NCBI RefSeq assembly: GCF_024298765.1
Contig: NZ_CP101210.1
Direction: 5' to 3' (one strand)
DNA: 64,000 nucleotides
From: Escherichia coli
GTDB lineage: Bacteria > Pseudomonadota > Gammaproteobacteria > Enterobacterales > Enterobacteriaceae
Position numbers and translations under genes: made by a program
The notes under the pieces: model-generated
What the model saw: the letters and a program-made list of their open reading frames with translations, nothing else
What the model was told of the DNA's origin: nothing
The model's database searches: none
Shown here: positions 55,330 to 64,000 of the stretch, one piece after another
Layout of the letters: each line of letters begins with the position of its first letter
Position numbering within the stretch: the first letter of the stretch is position 1

Positions 55330-56481
55330 ATGAAAAACAAATTACCGCCATTTATCGAGATTTACCGTGCTCTGATTGCCACACCTTCAATAAGCGCCAC
55401 GGAAGAGGCACTCGATCAAAGCAATGCAGATTTAATCACTCTGCTGGCGGACTGGTTTAAGGATTTAGGCTTCAATGTGGAAGTACAGCCTGTGCCAGGA
55501 ACTCGCAACAAATTTAATATGCTGGCCAGTTGCGGACAGGGGGCTGGCGGTTTGTTGCTGGCGGGGCATACCGATACGGTGCCATTTGATGACGGACGCT
55601 GGACGCGCGATCCATTTACGTTGACGGAGCATGACGGCAAGCTTTACGGCTTAGGCACCGCCGACATGAAAGGCTTTTTTGCGTTTATCCTTGATGCGCT
55701 ACGCGATGTCGACGTCACGAAACTGAAAAAACCGCTCTACATTCTGGCGACTGCCGATGAAGAAACCAGTATGGCCGGAGCGCGTTATTTTGCCGAAACT
55801 ACCGCCCTGCGCCCGGATTGCGCCATCATTGGCGAACCGACGTCACTACAACCGGTACGCGCACATAAAGGTCATATCTCTAACGCCATCCGTATTCAGG
55901 GCCAGTCGGGGCACTCCAGCGATCCAGCACGCGGAGTTAACGCTATCGAACTAATGCACGACGCCATCGGGCATATTTTGCAATTGCGCGATAACCTGAA
56001 AGAACGTTATCACTACGAAGCGTTTACCGTGCCATACCCCACGCTCAACCTCGGGCATATTCACGGTGGCGACGCTTCTAACCGTATTTGTGCTTGCTGT
56101 GAGTTGCATATGGATATTCGTCCGCTGCCGGGCATGACACTCAATGAACTTAATGGCCTACTCAACGATGCGCTGGCTCCGGTGAGCGAACGCTGGCCGG
56201 GTCGTCTGACGGTCGACGAGCTGCATCCGCCGATCCCTGGCTATGAATGCCCGCCAAATCATCAACTGGTTGAAGTAGTTGAGAAATTGCTCGGAGCAAA
56301 GACCGAAGTGGTGAATTACTGTACCGAAGCGCCGTTTATTCAAACGTTATGCCCGACGCTGGTTCTGGGGCCTGGCTCAATTAATCAGGCTCATCAGCCT
56401 GATGAATATCTGGAGACGCGGTTTATCAAGCCCACCCGTGAGCTGATAACCCAGGTGATTCACCATTTTTGCTGGCATTAA
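55330..56481 (+). CDS. argE: Acetylornithine deacetylase
   Basis: 383 aa from [26 protein letters not shown]; M20 peptidase metal ligands. Confidence 0.95.
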   Translation: MKNKLPPFIEIYRALIATPSISATEEALDQSNADLITLLADWFKDLGFNVEVQPVPGTRNKFNMLASCGQGAGGLLLAGHTDTVPFDDGRWTRDPFTLTEHDGKLYGLGTADMKGFFAFILDALRDVDVTKLKKPLYILATADEETSMAGARYFAETTALRPDCAIIGEPTSLQPVRAHKGHISNAIRIQGQSGHSSDPARGVNAIELMHDAIGHILQLRDNLKERYHYEAFTVPYPTLNLGHIHGGDASNRICACCELHMDIRPLPGMTLNELNGLLNDALAPVSERWPGRLTVDELHPPIPGYECPPNHQLVEVVEKLLGAKTEVVNYCTEAPFIQTLCPTLVLGPGSINQAHQPDEYLETRFIKPTRELITQVIHHFCWH

Positions 56482-56497
56482 AACGTAGGCCAAACAA

Positions 56498-56535
56498 TGT
56501 CGGATGCGATGCTTACGCATCTTATCCGACCTACA
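56498..56535. repeat. REP element in the argE-ppc intergenic region
   Basis: tgtcggatgcgatgcttacgcatcttatccgacctaca (REP-like hairpin). Confidence 0.6.
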
Positions 56536-56782
56536 CCTTTGGTGTTACTCGAGGCGATTTTTTAACATTCCCATAAGTTACGCTTATTTAAAGCGTCGTG
56601 AATTTAATGGCGTAAATTCCTGCTATTTATTCGTTTGCTGAAGCGATTTCGCAGCATTTGACGTCACCGCTTTTACGTGGCTTTATAAAAGACGACGAAA
56701 AGCAAAGCCCGAGCATATTCGCGCCAATGCGACGTGAAGGATACAGGGCTATCAAACGATAAGATGGGGTGTCTGGGGTAAT

Positions 56783-59434
56783 ATGAACGAACAATATTCC
56801 GCATTGCGTAGTAATGTCAGTATGCTCGGCAAAGTGCTGGGAGAAACCATCAAGGATGCGTTAGGAGAACACATTCTTGAACGCGTAGAAACTATCCGTA
56901 AGTTGTCCAAATCTTCACGCGCTGGCAATGATGCTAACCGCCAGGAGTTGCTCACCACCTTACAAAATTTGTCGAACGACGAGCTGCTGCCCGTTGCGCG
57001 TGCGTTTAGTCAGTTTCTGAACCTGGCCAACACCGCCGAGCAATACCACAGCATTTCGCCGAAAGGCGAAGCTGCCAGCAACCCGGAAGTGATCGCCCGC
57101 ACCCTGCGTAAACTGAAAAACCAGCCGGAACTGAGCGAAGACACCATCAAAAAAGCAGTGGAATCGCTGTCGCTGGAACTGGTCCTCACGGCTCACCCAA
57201 CCGAAATTACCCGTCGTACACTGATCCACAAAATGGTGGAAGTGAACGCCTGCTTAAAACAGCTCGATAACAAAGATATCGCCGACTACGAACATAACCA
57301 GCTGATGCGCCGCCTGCGCCAGTTGATCGCCCAGTCATGGCATACAGATGAAATCCGTAAGCTGCGTCCAAGCCCGGTAGATGAAGCCAAATGGGGCTTT
57401 GCCGTAGTAGAAAACAGCCTGTGGCAAGGCGTACCGAATTACCTGCGCGAACTGAACGAACAACTGGAAGAGAACCTCGGCTACAAACTGCCCGTCGAAT
57501 TTGTTCCGGTACGTTTTACCTCGTGGATGGGCGGTGACCGCGACGGCAACCCGAACGTCACTGCCGATATCACCCGCCACGTCCTGCTACTCAGCCGCTG
57601 GAAAGCCACCGATTTGTTCCTGAAAGATATTCAGGTGCTGGTTTCTGAACTGTCGATGGTTGAAGCGACCCCTGAACTGCTGGCGCTGGTTGGCGAAGAA
57701 GGTGCCGCAGAGCCGTATCGCTATCTGATGAAAAACCTGCGCTCTCGCCTGATGGCGACACAGGCATGGCTGGAAGCGCGCCTGAAAGGCGAAGAACTGC
57801 CAAAACCAGAAGGCCTGCTGACACAAAACGAAGAACTGTGGGAACCACTCTACGCTTGCTACCAGTCACTTCAGGCGTGTGGCATGGGTATTATCGCCAA
57901 CGGCGATCTGCTCGACACCCTGCGCCGCGTGAAATGTTTCGGCGTACCGCTGGTCCGTATTGATATCCGTCAGGAGAGCACCCGCCATACCGAAGCGCTG
58001 GGCGAGCTGACCCGCTACCTCGGTATCGGCGACTACGAAAGCTGGTCAGAGGCCGACAAACAGGCGTTCCTGATCCGCGAACTGAACTCCAAACGTCCGC
58101 TTCTGCCGCGCAACTGGCAACCAAGCGCCGAAACGCGCGAAGTGCTCGATACCTGCCAGGTGATTGCCGAAGCGCCGCAAGGCTCCATTGCCGCCTACGT
58201 GATCTCGATGGCGAAAACGCCGTCCGACGTGCTGGCTGTCCACCTGCTGCTGAAAGAAGCGGGTATCGGGTTTGCGATGCCGGTTGCTCCGCTGTTTGAA
58301 ACCCTCGATGACCTGAACAACGCCAACGATGTCATGACTCAGCTACTGAATATCGACTGGTATCGCGGCCTGATTCAGGGCAAACAGATGGTGATGATTG
58401 GCTATTCCGACTCAGCAAAAGATGCGGGCGTGATGGCAGCTTCCTGGGCGCAATATCAGGCACAGGATGCATTAATCAAAACCTGCGAAAAAGCGGGTAT
58501 TGAGCTGACGTTGTTCCACGGTCGCGGCGGTTCCATTGGTCGCGGCGGCGCACCTGCTCATGCGGCGCTGCTGTCACAACCGCCAGGAAGCCTGAAAGGT
58601 GGCCTGCGCGTGACTGAACAGGGCGAGATGATCCGCTTTAAATATGGTCTGCCAGAAATCACCGTCAGCAGCCTGTCGCTGTACACCGGGGCGATTCTGG
58701 AAGCCAACCTGCTGCCACCACCTGAGCCGAAAGAGAGCTGGCGTCGCATTATGGATGAACTGTCAGTCATCTCCTGCGATCTCTACCGTGGCTACGTACG
58801 TGAAAACAAAGATTTTGTGCCTTACTTCCGCTCCGCTACGCCGGAACAAGAACTGGGCAAACTGCCGTTGGGTTCACGTCCGGCGAAACGTCGCCCAACC
58901 GGCGGCGTCGAGTCACTACGCGCCATTCCGTGGATCTTCGCCTGGACGCAAAACCGCCTGATGCTCCCCGCCTGGCTGGGTGCAGGTACGGCGCTGCAAA
59001 AAGTGGTCGAAGATGGCAAACAGAGCGAGCTGGAGGCTATGTGCCGCGATTGGCCATTCTTCTCGACGCGTCTCGGCATGCTGGAGATGGTCTTCGCCAA
59101 AGCAGACCTGTGGCTGGCGGAATACTATGATCAACGTCTGGTAGACAAAGCACTGTGGCCGTTAGGTAAAGAGTTACGCAATCTGCAAGAAGAAGACATC
59201 AAAGTGGTGCTGGCGATTGCCAACGATTCCCATCTGATGGCCGATCTGCCGTGGATTGCAGAGTCTATTCAGCTACGGAATATTTACACCGACCCGCTGA
59301 ACGTATTGCAGGCCGAGTTGCTGCACCGCTCCCGCCAGGCAGAAAAAGAAGGCCATGAGCCGGATCCTCGCGTCGAGCAGGCGTTAATGGTCACTATTGC
59401 CGGGATTGCGGCAGGTATGCGTAATACCGGCTAA
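56783..59434 (+). CDS. ppc: Phosphoenolpyruvate carboxylase
   Basis: 883 aa [43 protein letters not shown]; ends ...GMRNTG. Confidence 0.98.
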   Translation: MNEQYSALRSNVSMLGKVLGETIKDALGEHILERVETIRKLSKSSRAGNDANRQELLTTLQNLSNDELLPVARAFSQFLNLANTAEQYHSISPKGEAASNPEVIARTLRKLKNQPELSEDTIKKAVESLSLELVLTAHPTEITRRTLIHKMVEVNACLKQLDNKDIADYEHNQLMRRLRQLIAQSWHTDEIRKLRPSPVDEAKWGFAVVENSLWQGVPNYLRELNEQLEENLGYKLPVEFVPVRFTSWMGGDRDGNPNVTADITRHVLLLSRWKATDLFLKDIQVLVSELSMVEATPELLALVGEEGAAEPYRYLMKNLRSRLMATQAWLEARLKGEELPKPEGLLTQNEELWEPLYACYQSLQACGMGIIANGDLLDTLRRVKCFGVPLVRIDIRQESTRHTEALGELTRYLGIGDYESWSEADKQAFLIRELNSKRPLLPRNWQPSAETREVLDTCQVIAEAPQGSIAAYVISMAKTPSDVLAVHLLLKEAGIGFAMPVAPLFETLDDLNNANDVMTQLLNIDWYRGLIQGKQMVMIGYSDSAKDAGVMAASWAQYQAQDALIKTCEKAGIELTLFHGRGGSIGRGGAPAHAALLSQPPGSLKGGLRVTEQGEMIRFKYGLPEITVSSLSLYTGAILEANLLPPPEPKESWRRIMDELSVISCDLYRGYVRENKDFVPYFRSATPEQELGKLPLGSRPAKRRPTGGVESLRAIPWIFAWTQNRLMLPAWLGAGTALQKVVEDGKQSELEAMCRDWPFFSTRLGMLEMVFAKADLWLAEYYDQRLVDKALWPLGKELRNLQEEDIKVVLAIANDSHLMADLPWIAESIQLRNIYTDPLNVLQAELLHRSRQAEKEGHEPDPRVEQALMVTIAGIAAGMRNTG

Positions 59435-59448
59435 TCTTCCTCTCCTGC

Positions 59449-59478
59449 AAACCCTCGTGCTTTTGCGCGAGGGTTTTC
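59449..59478 (+). terminator. Intrinsic terminator downstream of ppc
   Basis: aaaccctcgtgcttttgcgcgagggtttt stem-loop plus U-run. Confidence 0.65.
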
Positions 59479-59616
59479 TGAAATACTTCTGTTCTAACAC
59501 CCTCGTTTTCAATATATTTCTGTCTGCATTTTATTCAAATTCTGGATATCCCTTCAGATATCCTTAAGGAATTGTCGGTACATTCGGCGATATTTTTTTC
59601 AAGACAGGTTCTTACT

Positions 59617-61350
59617 ATGCATTCCACAGAAGTCCAGGCTAAACCTCTTTTTAGCTGGAAAGCCCTGGGTTGGGCACTGCTCTACTTTTGGTTTTTCTCT
59701 ACTCTGCTACAGGCCATTATTTACATCAGTGGTTATAGTGGCACTAACGGCATTCGCGACTCGCTGTTATTCAGTTCGCTGTGGTTGATCCCGGTATTCC
59801 TCTTTCCGAAGCGGATTAAAATTATTGCCGCAGTGATCGGCGTGGTGCTATGGGCGGCCTCTCTGGCAGCGTTGTGCTACTACGTCATCTACGGTCAGGA
59901 GTTCTCGCAGAGCGTTCTGTTTGTGATGTTTGAAACCAACACCAACGAAGCCAGCGAGTATTTAAGCCAGTATTTCAGCCTGAAGATTGTGCTTATCGCG
60001 CTGGCCTATACGGCGGTGGCAGTTTTGCTGTGGACGCGCCTGCGCCCGGTCTATATTCCAAAGCCGTGGCGTTATGTTGTCTCTTTTGCCCTACTTTATG
60101 GCTTGATTCTGCATCCGATCGCCATGAATACGTTTATCAAAAACAAGCCATTTGAGAAAACGTTGGATAACCTGGCATCGCGTATGGAGCCTGCCGCACC
60201 GTGGCAATTCCTGACCGGCTATTATCAGTATCGTCAGCAACTAAACTCGCTAACAAAGCTACTGAATGAAAATAATGCCTTGCCGCCGCTGGCGAATTTC
60301 AAAGATGAATCGGGTAACGAACCGCGCACTTTAGTGCTGGTGATTGGCGAGTCGACCCAGCGTGGCCGCATGAGTCTGTACGGTTATCCGCGTGAAACCA
60401 CGCCGGAGCTGGATGCGCTGCATAAAACCGATCCGAATCTGACCGTGTTTAATAACGTGGTGACGTCTCGTCCGTACACCATTGAAATCCTGCAACAGGC
60501 GCTGACCTTTGCCAATGAAAAGAACCCGGATCTGTATCTGACGCAGCCGTCGCTGATGAACATGATGAAACAGGCGGGTTATAAAACCTTCTGGATCACC
60601 AACCAGCAGACGATGACCGCCCGCAATACCATGCTGACGGTATTTTCGCGCCAGACCGACAAGCAGTACTACATGAACCAGCAACGTACGCAGAGTGCGC
60701 GTGAATACGACACCAACGTGCTGAAGCCGTTCCAGGAAGTGCTGAATGACCCTGCGCCGAAGAAACTGATCATCGTTCATCTGCTGGGTACGCATATCAA
60801 ATACAAATACCGCTACCCGGAAAATCAGGGCAAGTTTGATGGCAATACCGATCATGTTCCGCCGGGATTAAGCGCAGAAGAACTGGAGTCATATAACGAT
60901 TATGACAACGCTAACTTGTATAACGATCACGTGGTTGCCAGCCTGATTAAAGACTTTAAAGCGACCGATCCGAACGGTTTCCTGGTTTATTTCTCTGACC
61001 ACGGTGAAGAGGTTTACGACACGCCGCCGCACAAAACTCAGGGGCGTAATGAAGACAACCCGACGCGTCATATGTACACCATTCCGTTCCTGCTGTGGAC
61101 GTCAGAAAAATGGCAAGCGACTCATCCGCGTGATTTCTCACAGGATGTTGATCGTAAATACAGCCTGGCGGAACTGATCCACACCTGGTCAGATTTAGCG
61201 GGCTTATCTTACGACGGTTACGATCCAACCCGTTCAGTGGTGAATCCGCAGTTCAAAGAAACTACCCGCTGGATTGGTAACCCGTACAAGAAAAACGCGC
61301 TGATCGATTACGACACTCTGCCGTATGGCGATCAGGTGGGTAATCAGTAA
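59617..61350 (+). CDS. eptC: Phosphoethanolamine transferase (LPS core modification)
   Basis: 577 aa from MHSTEVQAKPLFSWKALGWALLYFWFFSTLLQAI; N-terminal TM helices plus sulfatase-like domain. Confidence 0.93.
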   Translation: MHSTEVQAKPLFSWKALGWALLYFWFFSTLLQAIIYISGYSGTNGIRDSLLFSSLWLIPVFLFPKRIKIIAAVIGVVLWAASLAALCYYVIYGQEFSQSVLFVMFETNTNEASEYLSQYFSLKIVLIALAYTAVAVLLWTRLRPVYIPKPWRYVVSFALLYGLILHPIAMNTFIKNKPFEKTLDNLASRMEPAAPWQFLTGYYQYRQQLNSLTKLLNENNALPPLANFKDESGNEPRTLVLVIGESTQRGRMSLYGYPRETTPELDALHKTDPNLTVFNNVVTSRPYTIEILQQALTFANEKNPDLYLTQPSLMNMMKQAGYKTFWITNQQTMTARNTMLTVFSRQTDKQYYMNQQRTQSAREYDTNVLKPFQEVLNDPAPKKLIIVHLLGTHIKYKYRYPENQGKFDGNTDHVPPGLSAEELESYNDYDNANLYNDHVVASLIKDFKATDPNGFLVYFSDHGEEVYDTPPHKTQGRNEDNPTRHMYTIPFLLWTSEKWQATHPRDFSQDVDRKYSLAELIHTWSDLAGLSYDGYDPTRSVVNPQFKETTRWIGNPYKKNALIDYDTLPYGDQVGNQ

Positions 61351-61364
61351 TTATCAGCCAGATG

Positions 61365-61462
<98 letters not shown>

Positions 61463-61499
61463 ACTGAAACTGCCGCAATGTTTACATCTCACTCCCATC

Positions 61500-61528
61500 A
61501 GGCCACACTTTTCAGGTGGCCTTTTTTC
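61500..61528 (+). terminator. Hairpin plus T-run (likely eptC terminator)
   Basis: aggccacacttttcaggtggccttttttc. Confidence 0.5.
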
Positions 61529-61574
61529 ATAATGCCAGTTACTGTTTTCCCGTCTACATACCTAAGGGAATAAC

Positions 61575-62426
61575 ATGTATCACGACGTCAGCTATCTGCT
61601 CTCCCGCCTGATCAACGGCCCGCTGTCCCTGCGCCAGATTTACTTTGCCAGCAGCAACGGCCCGGTACCCGATCTTGCGTATCAGGTCGATTTTCCACGG
61701 CTGGAAATTGTGCTGGAAGGTGAGTTTATTGATACCGGCGCTGGAGCAGCGTTAGTTCCCGGCGATGTGCTGTACGTCCCTGCTGGTGGCTGGAATTTTC
61801 CACAATGGCAAGCCCCCGCCACCACCTTTAGCGTGCTGTTTGGCAAACAGCAACTCGGCTTCAGCGTTGTGCAATGGGATGGCAAACAATATCAAAATCT
61901 GGCGAAGCAACACGTCGCCCGACGCGGCCCGCGCATTGGTTCTTTTCTGCTACAAACGCTCAATGAAATGCAAATGCAGTCGCAGGAGCAGCAAACGGCC
62001 AGACTTATCGTCGCCAGCCTGCTTAGCCACTGCCGCGATTTGCTCGGCAGCCAAATCCAGACCGCCTCACGCAGCCAGGCACTGTTCGAAGCTATTCGTG
62101 ATTATATCGACGAACGCTATGCCTCCGCGCTTACCCGCGAATCTGTCGCACAGGCATTCTATATTTCGCCAAATTACCTCTCGCACCTGTTTCAAAAAAC
62201 GGGGGCCATTGGTTTTAACGAATACCTGAATCACACGCGACTGGAGCACGCTAAGACGTTATTGAAAGGCTATGACCTGAAGGTAAAAGAAGTGGCGCAC
62301 GCCTGCGGCTTTGTCGACAGCAACTACTTCTGCCGTCTGTTTCGTAAAAATACCGAACGCTCGCCGTCGGAATATCGTCGGCAGTACCACAGCCAACTGA
62401 CAGAAAAACCGACTACTCCAGAATAA
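61575..62426 (+). CDS. yijO: AraC/XylS-family transcriptional regulator
   Basis: 283 aa; cupin-like N-terminal half and C-terminal AraC HTH. Confidence 0.9.
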   Translation: MYHDVSYLLSRLINGPLSLRQIYFASSNGPVPDLAYQVDFPRLEIVLEGEFIDTGAGAALVPGDVLYVPAGGWNFPQWQAPATTFSVLFGKQQLGFSVVQWDGKQYQNLAKQHVARRGPRIGSFLLQTLNEMQMQSQEQQTARLIVASLLSHCRDLLGSQIQTASRSQALFEAIRDYIDERYASALTRESVAQAFYISPNYLSHLFQKTGAIGFNEYLNHTRLEHAKTLLKGYDLKVKEVAHACGFVDSNYFCRLFRKNTERSPSEYRRQYHSQLTEKPTTPE

Positions 62427-62754
62427 GATGGGTTTGCTGCGGCGCAGAAAGCACTTTGCGCACTGCGCTCATCACCCTCTGCGGCTCACGCAGGAAAGCG
62501 TAGATGCTGCATTGCACGTAGCGACAATGTTCAAATCGCTCAGCACCGGCAAGCTCGATATCCGTAATTAACAGCGCAACATCCGCCCGGCGGATATCCT
62601 CGTCCGCTAAACGATTCTCCGTTCCCAACGCGCCCTGAGTTTCAATGCTAACGCCCCACTTCTCTAACTGGCACAACTTTTCCAGCCGTTCCGCCGCCAT
62701 ATAAGTATGCGCCACGCCGCTTACGCAGGCGGTTACTGCCACCAGGTATGCCAT
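62413..62754 (-). CDS. frwD: PTS fructose-like EIIB component
   Basis: 113 aa from MAYLVAVTACVSGVAHTYMAAERLEKL (active-site Cys); track ORF extended upstream. Confidence 0.9.
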   Translation of the reverse strand: MAYLVAVTACVSGVAHTYMAAERLEKLCQLEKWGVSIETQGALGTENRLADEDIRRADVALLITDIELAGAERFEHCRYVQCSIYAFLREPQRVMSAVRKVLSAPQQTHLILE

Positions 62755-62755
62755 T

Positions 62756-63634
62756 TTAACCTCCCACGGTAACCTGAAATCCGGCCCGTTCTGCCATTTC
62801 ACGCATCGTTGCCACATCGGCTGACGACGGCGCAGCAACCTCTTTCATCGACCATGTTTTCCCCAGCAGGCGGTATTTCGGCTCGCCGTACTGATGAAAC
62901 GGTAACAGATGGATCTGCCTGATATTCAGCGGGATCAGCACGTCCAGCGCCTGCTGCATATTCTCCCGGCTGAGCGTGAAACCAGGGATCAGCGGTAAAC
63001 GCGGGATCACGTTGACACCCTCACTCACCAGCAAACGCAGATTCTCCAGCACGCGTTGCAGGTTCATCTTCACCACATCCCGCGCCTGAGCCGCATCCAT
63101 AATTTTTAAATCGAACAACACTTCATCGCACAATTTCGCCAGCGGTAACAGCTTGCTGGCTGGCGCGTCTCCGGCAGTTTCGATGGCGCATGACACACCC
63201 CATAGCCGCAGTCGCTGTAAAAAACGGGTCGCAAACTCCGCCTGCATTAACACTTCGCCGCCAGAAAGCGTGACGCCACCGCCGGACGTGCGAAAGAAAA
63301 TGTCATCTTTCATCACTTCCCGTTCCAGAGCGTCAAGACTGATATCGCGGCCAATCCGTTCAAATGCCCCGGAGGGGCATTCATCCGCATCACGCAAACA
63401 TTTCGCGCAGTGCAGACATTTCGCCTCTCTGCGCACCGTCTGGATTTTGCCGGAGATCGACTCCGGATTAGCACACCATGGGCAAAGATGCGGACAGCCT
63501 TTAAAAAAGACCACCGTACGAATGCCCTCGCCGTCATTCAGTGAATAACGCTGAATGTTGAAAATGCGCGCCACATCATCGCGGCGCGTTTCCACAACGT
63601 TACAGCTGATGCGCTGTCCGGCGGATGATGTCAT
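62756..63634 (-). CDS. pflC: Glycyl-radical enzyme activating protein (PFL2 activase)
   Basis: 292 aa from MTSSAGQRISCNVVETRRDD; radical-SAM CPHLCPWC plus extra Cys cluster. Confidence 0.93.
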   Translation of the reverse strand: MTSSAGQRISCNVVETRRDDVARIFNIQRYSLNDGEGIRTVVFFKGCPHLCPWCANPESISGKIQTVRREAKCLHCAKCLRDADECPSGAFERIGRDISLDALEREVMKDDIFFRTSGGGVTLSGGEVLMQAEFATRFLQRLRLWGVSCAIETAGDAPASKLLPLAKLCDEVLFDLKIMDAAQARDVVKMNLQRVLENLRLLVSEGVNVIPRLPLIPGFTLSRENMQQALDVLIPLNIRQIHLLPFHQYGEPKYRLLGKTWSMKEVAAPSSADVATMREMAERAGFQVTVGG

Positions 63635-64000
63635 CCTGGATCTCCTTCGACAGTTCGACAAAGAAGGCGCTGTATCCGGCAACGCGCACCACCAGCCCGG
63701 CATAATCTTGTGGGCGCTGTTGCGCTTCCCGCAACGTGTCGGCGTTCACCACGTTAAACTGAATATGCTGCAACTTAAGCTGGGTAAACGCCCGTAAGAA
63801 GTCGGCCAGTTTGCGTAATCCCGCTTCACCTTCCAGGGTCGCCGGAGTGAATTTCACGTTCAGCAACGTACCGTTAGACAGCAGCGTATTATCGAGCTTA
63901 CTGACTGATTTCAGTACCGCCGTTGGCCCTTGTGCATCCTGACCCAGCATGGGTGACAAGCCACCGTCTGCCAGTTGTTCCCCGGCAAAACGACCGTCTG
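63600..64000 (-). CDS. pflD: Formate C-acetyltransferase 2 (glycyl radical enzyme), C-terminal part only; gene continues beyond window end
   Basis: C-terminal glycyl radical motif RVAGYSAFFVEL; overlaps pflC start. Confidence 0.9.
   Translation of the reverse strand, partial: DGRFAGEQLADGGLSPMLGQDAQGPTAVLKSVSKLDNTLLSNGTLLNVKFTPATLEGEAGLRKLADFLRAFTQLKLQHIQFNVVNADTLREAQQRPQDYAGLVVRVAGYSAFFVELSKEIQDDIIRRTAHQL

Overview
This window reads as an Escherichia coli-type chromosomal segment, in reverse orientation relative to the K-12 map, running from the rrnE leader to pflD. Gene identities come from my recall of protein sequences, lengths and K-12 synteny; no database search was run. Order: rrsE 5' end and rrnE promoters (minus), purHD, zraRS/zraP, yjaH, hupA, yjaG, nfi, hemE, nudC, rsd, thiCEFSGH with its TPP riboswitch, rpoC, rpoB, rplL-rplJ-rplA-rplK, nusG, secE, tufB, tRNAs thrT-glyT-tyrU-thrU, coaA, birA, murB, a complete rrn operon (5S, 23S, tRNA-Glu, 16S), murI, btuB with its B12 riboswitch, trmA, yijD, fabR, sthA, oxyR, oxyS, argHBC/argE, ppc, eptC, yijO, frwD, pflC and the pflD 3' end. 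Almost all of it is conserved core genome. I found no defense system, prophage, CRISPR array or integrase. The only accessory content is a ~3.1 kb two-gene module (ManD/RspA-like dehydratase plus MFS acid-sugar transporter) between oxyS and argH, and a 144-bp MITE-like palindromic element inserted at the hemE stop codon. Smaller apparent differences from K-12 are the absence of htrC/yjaZ between rpoC and thiH and a single hybrid rrn terminator. Coordinates for CDSs come from the supplied ORF track with starts adjusted to the recalled native N-termini; RNA and site coordinates were counted by eye and may be off by 1-3 nt.
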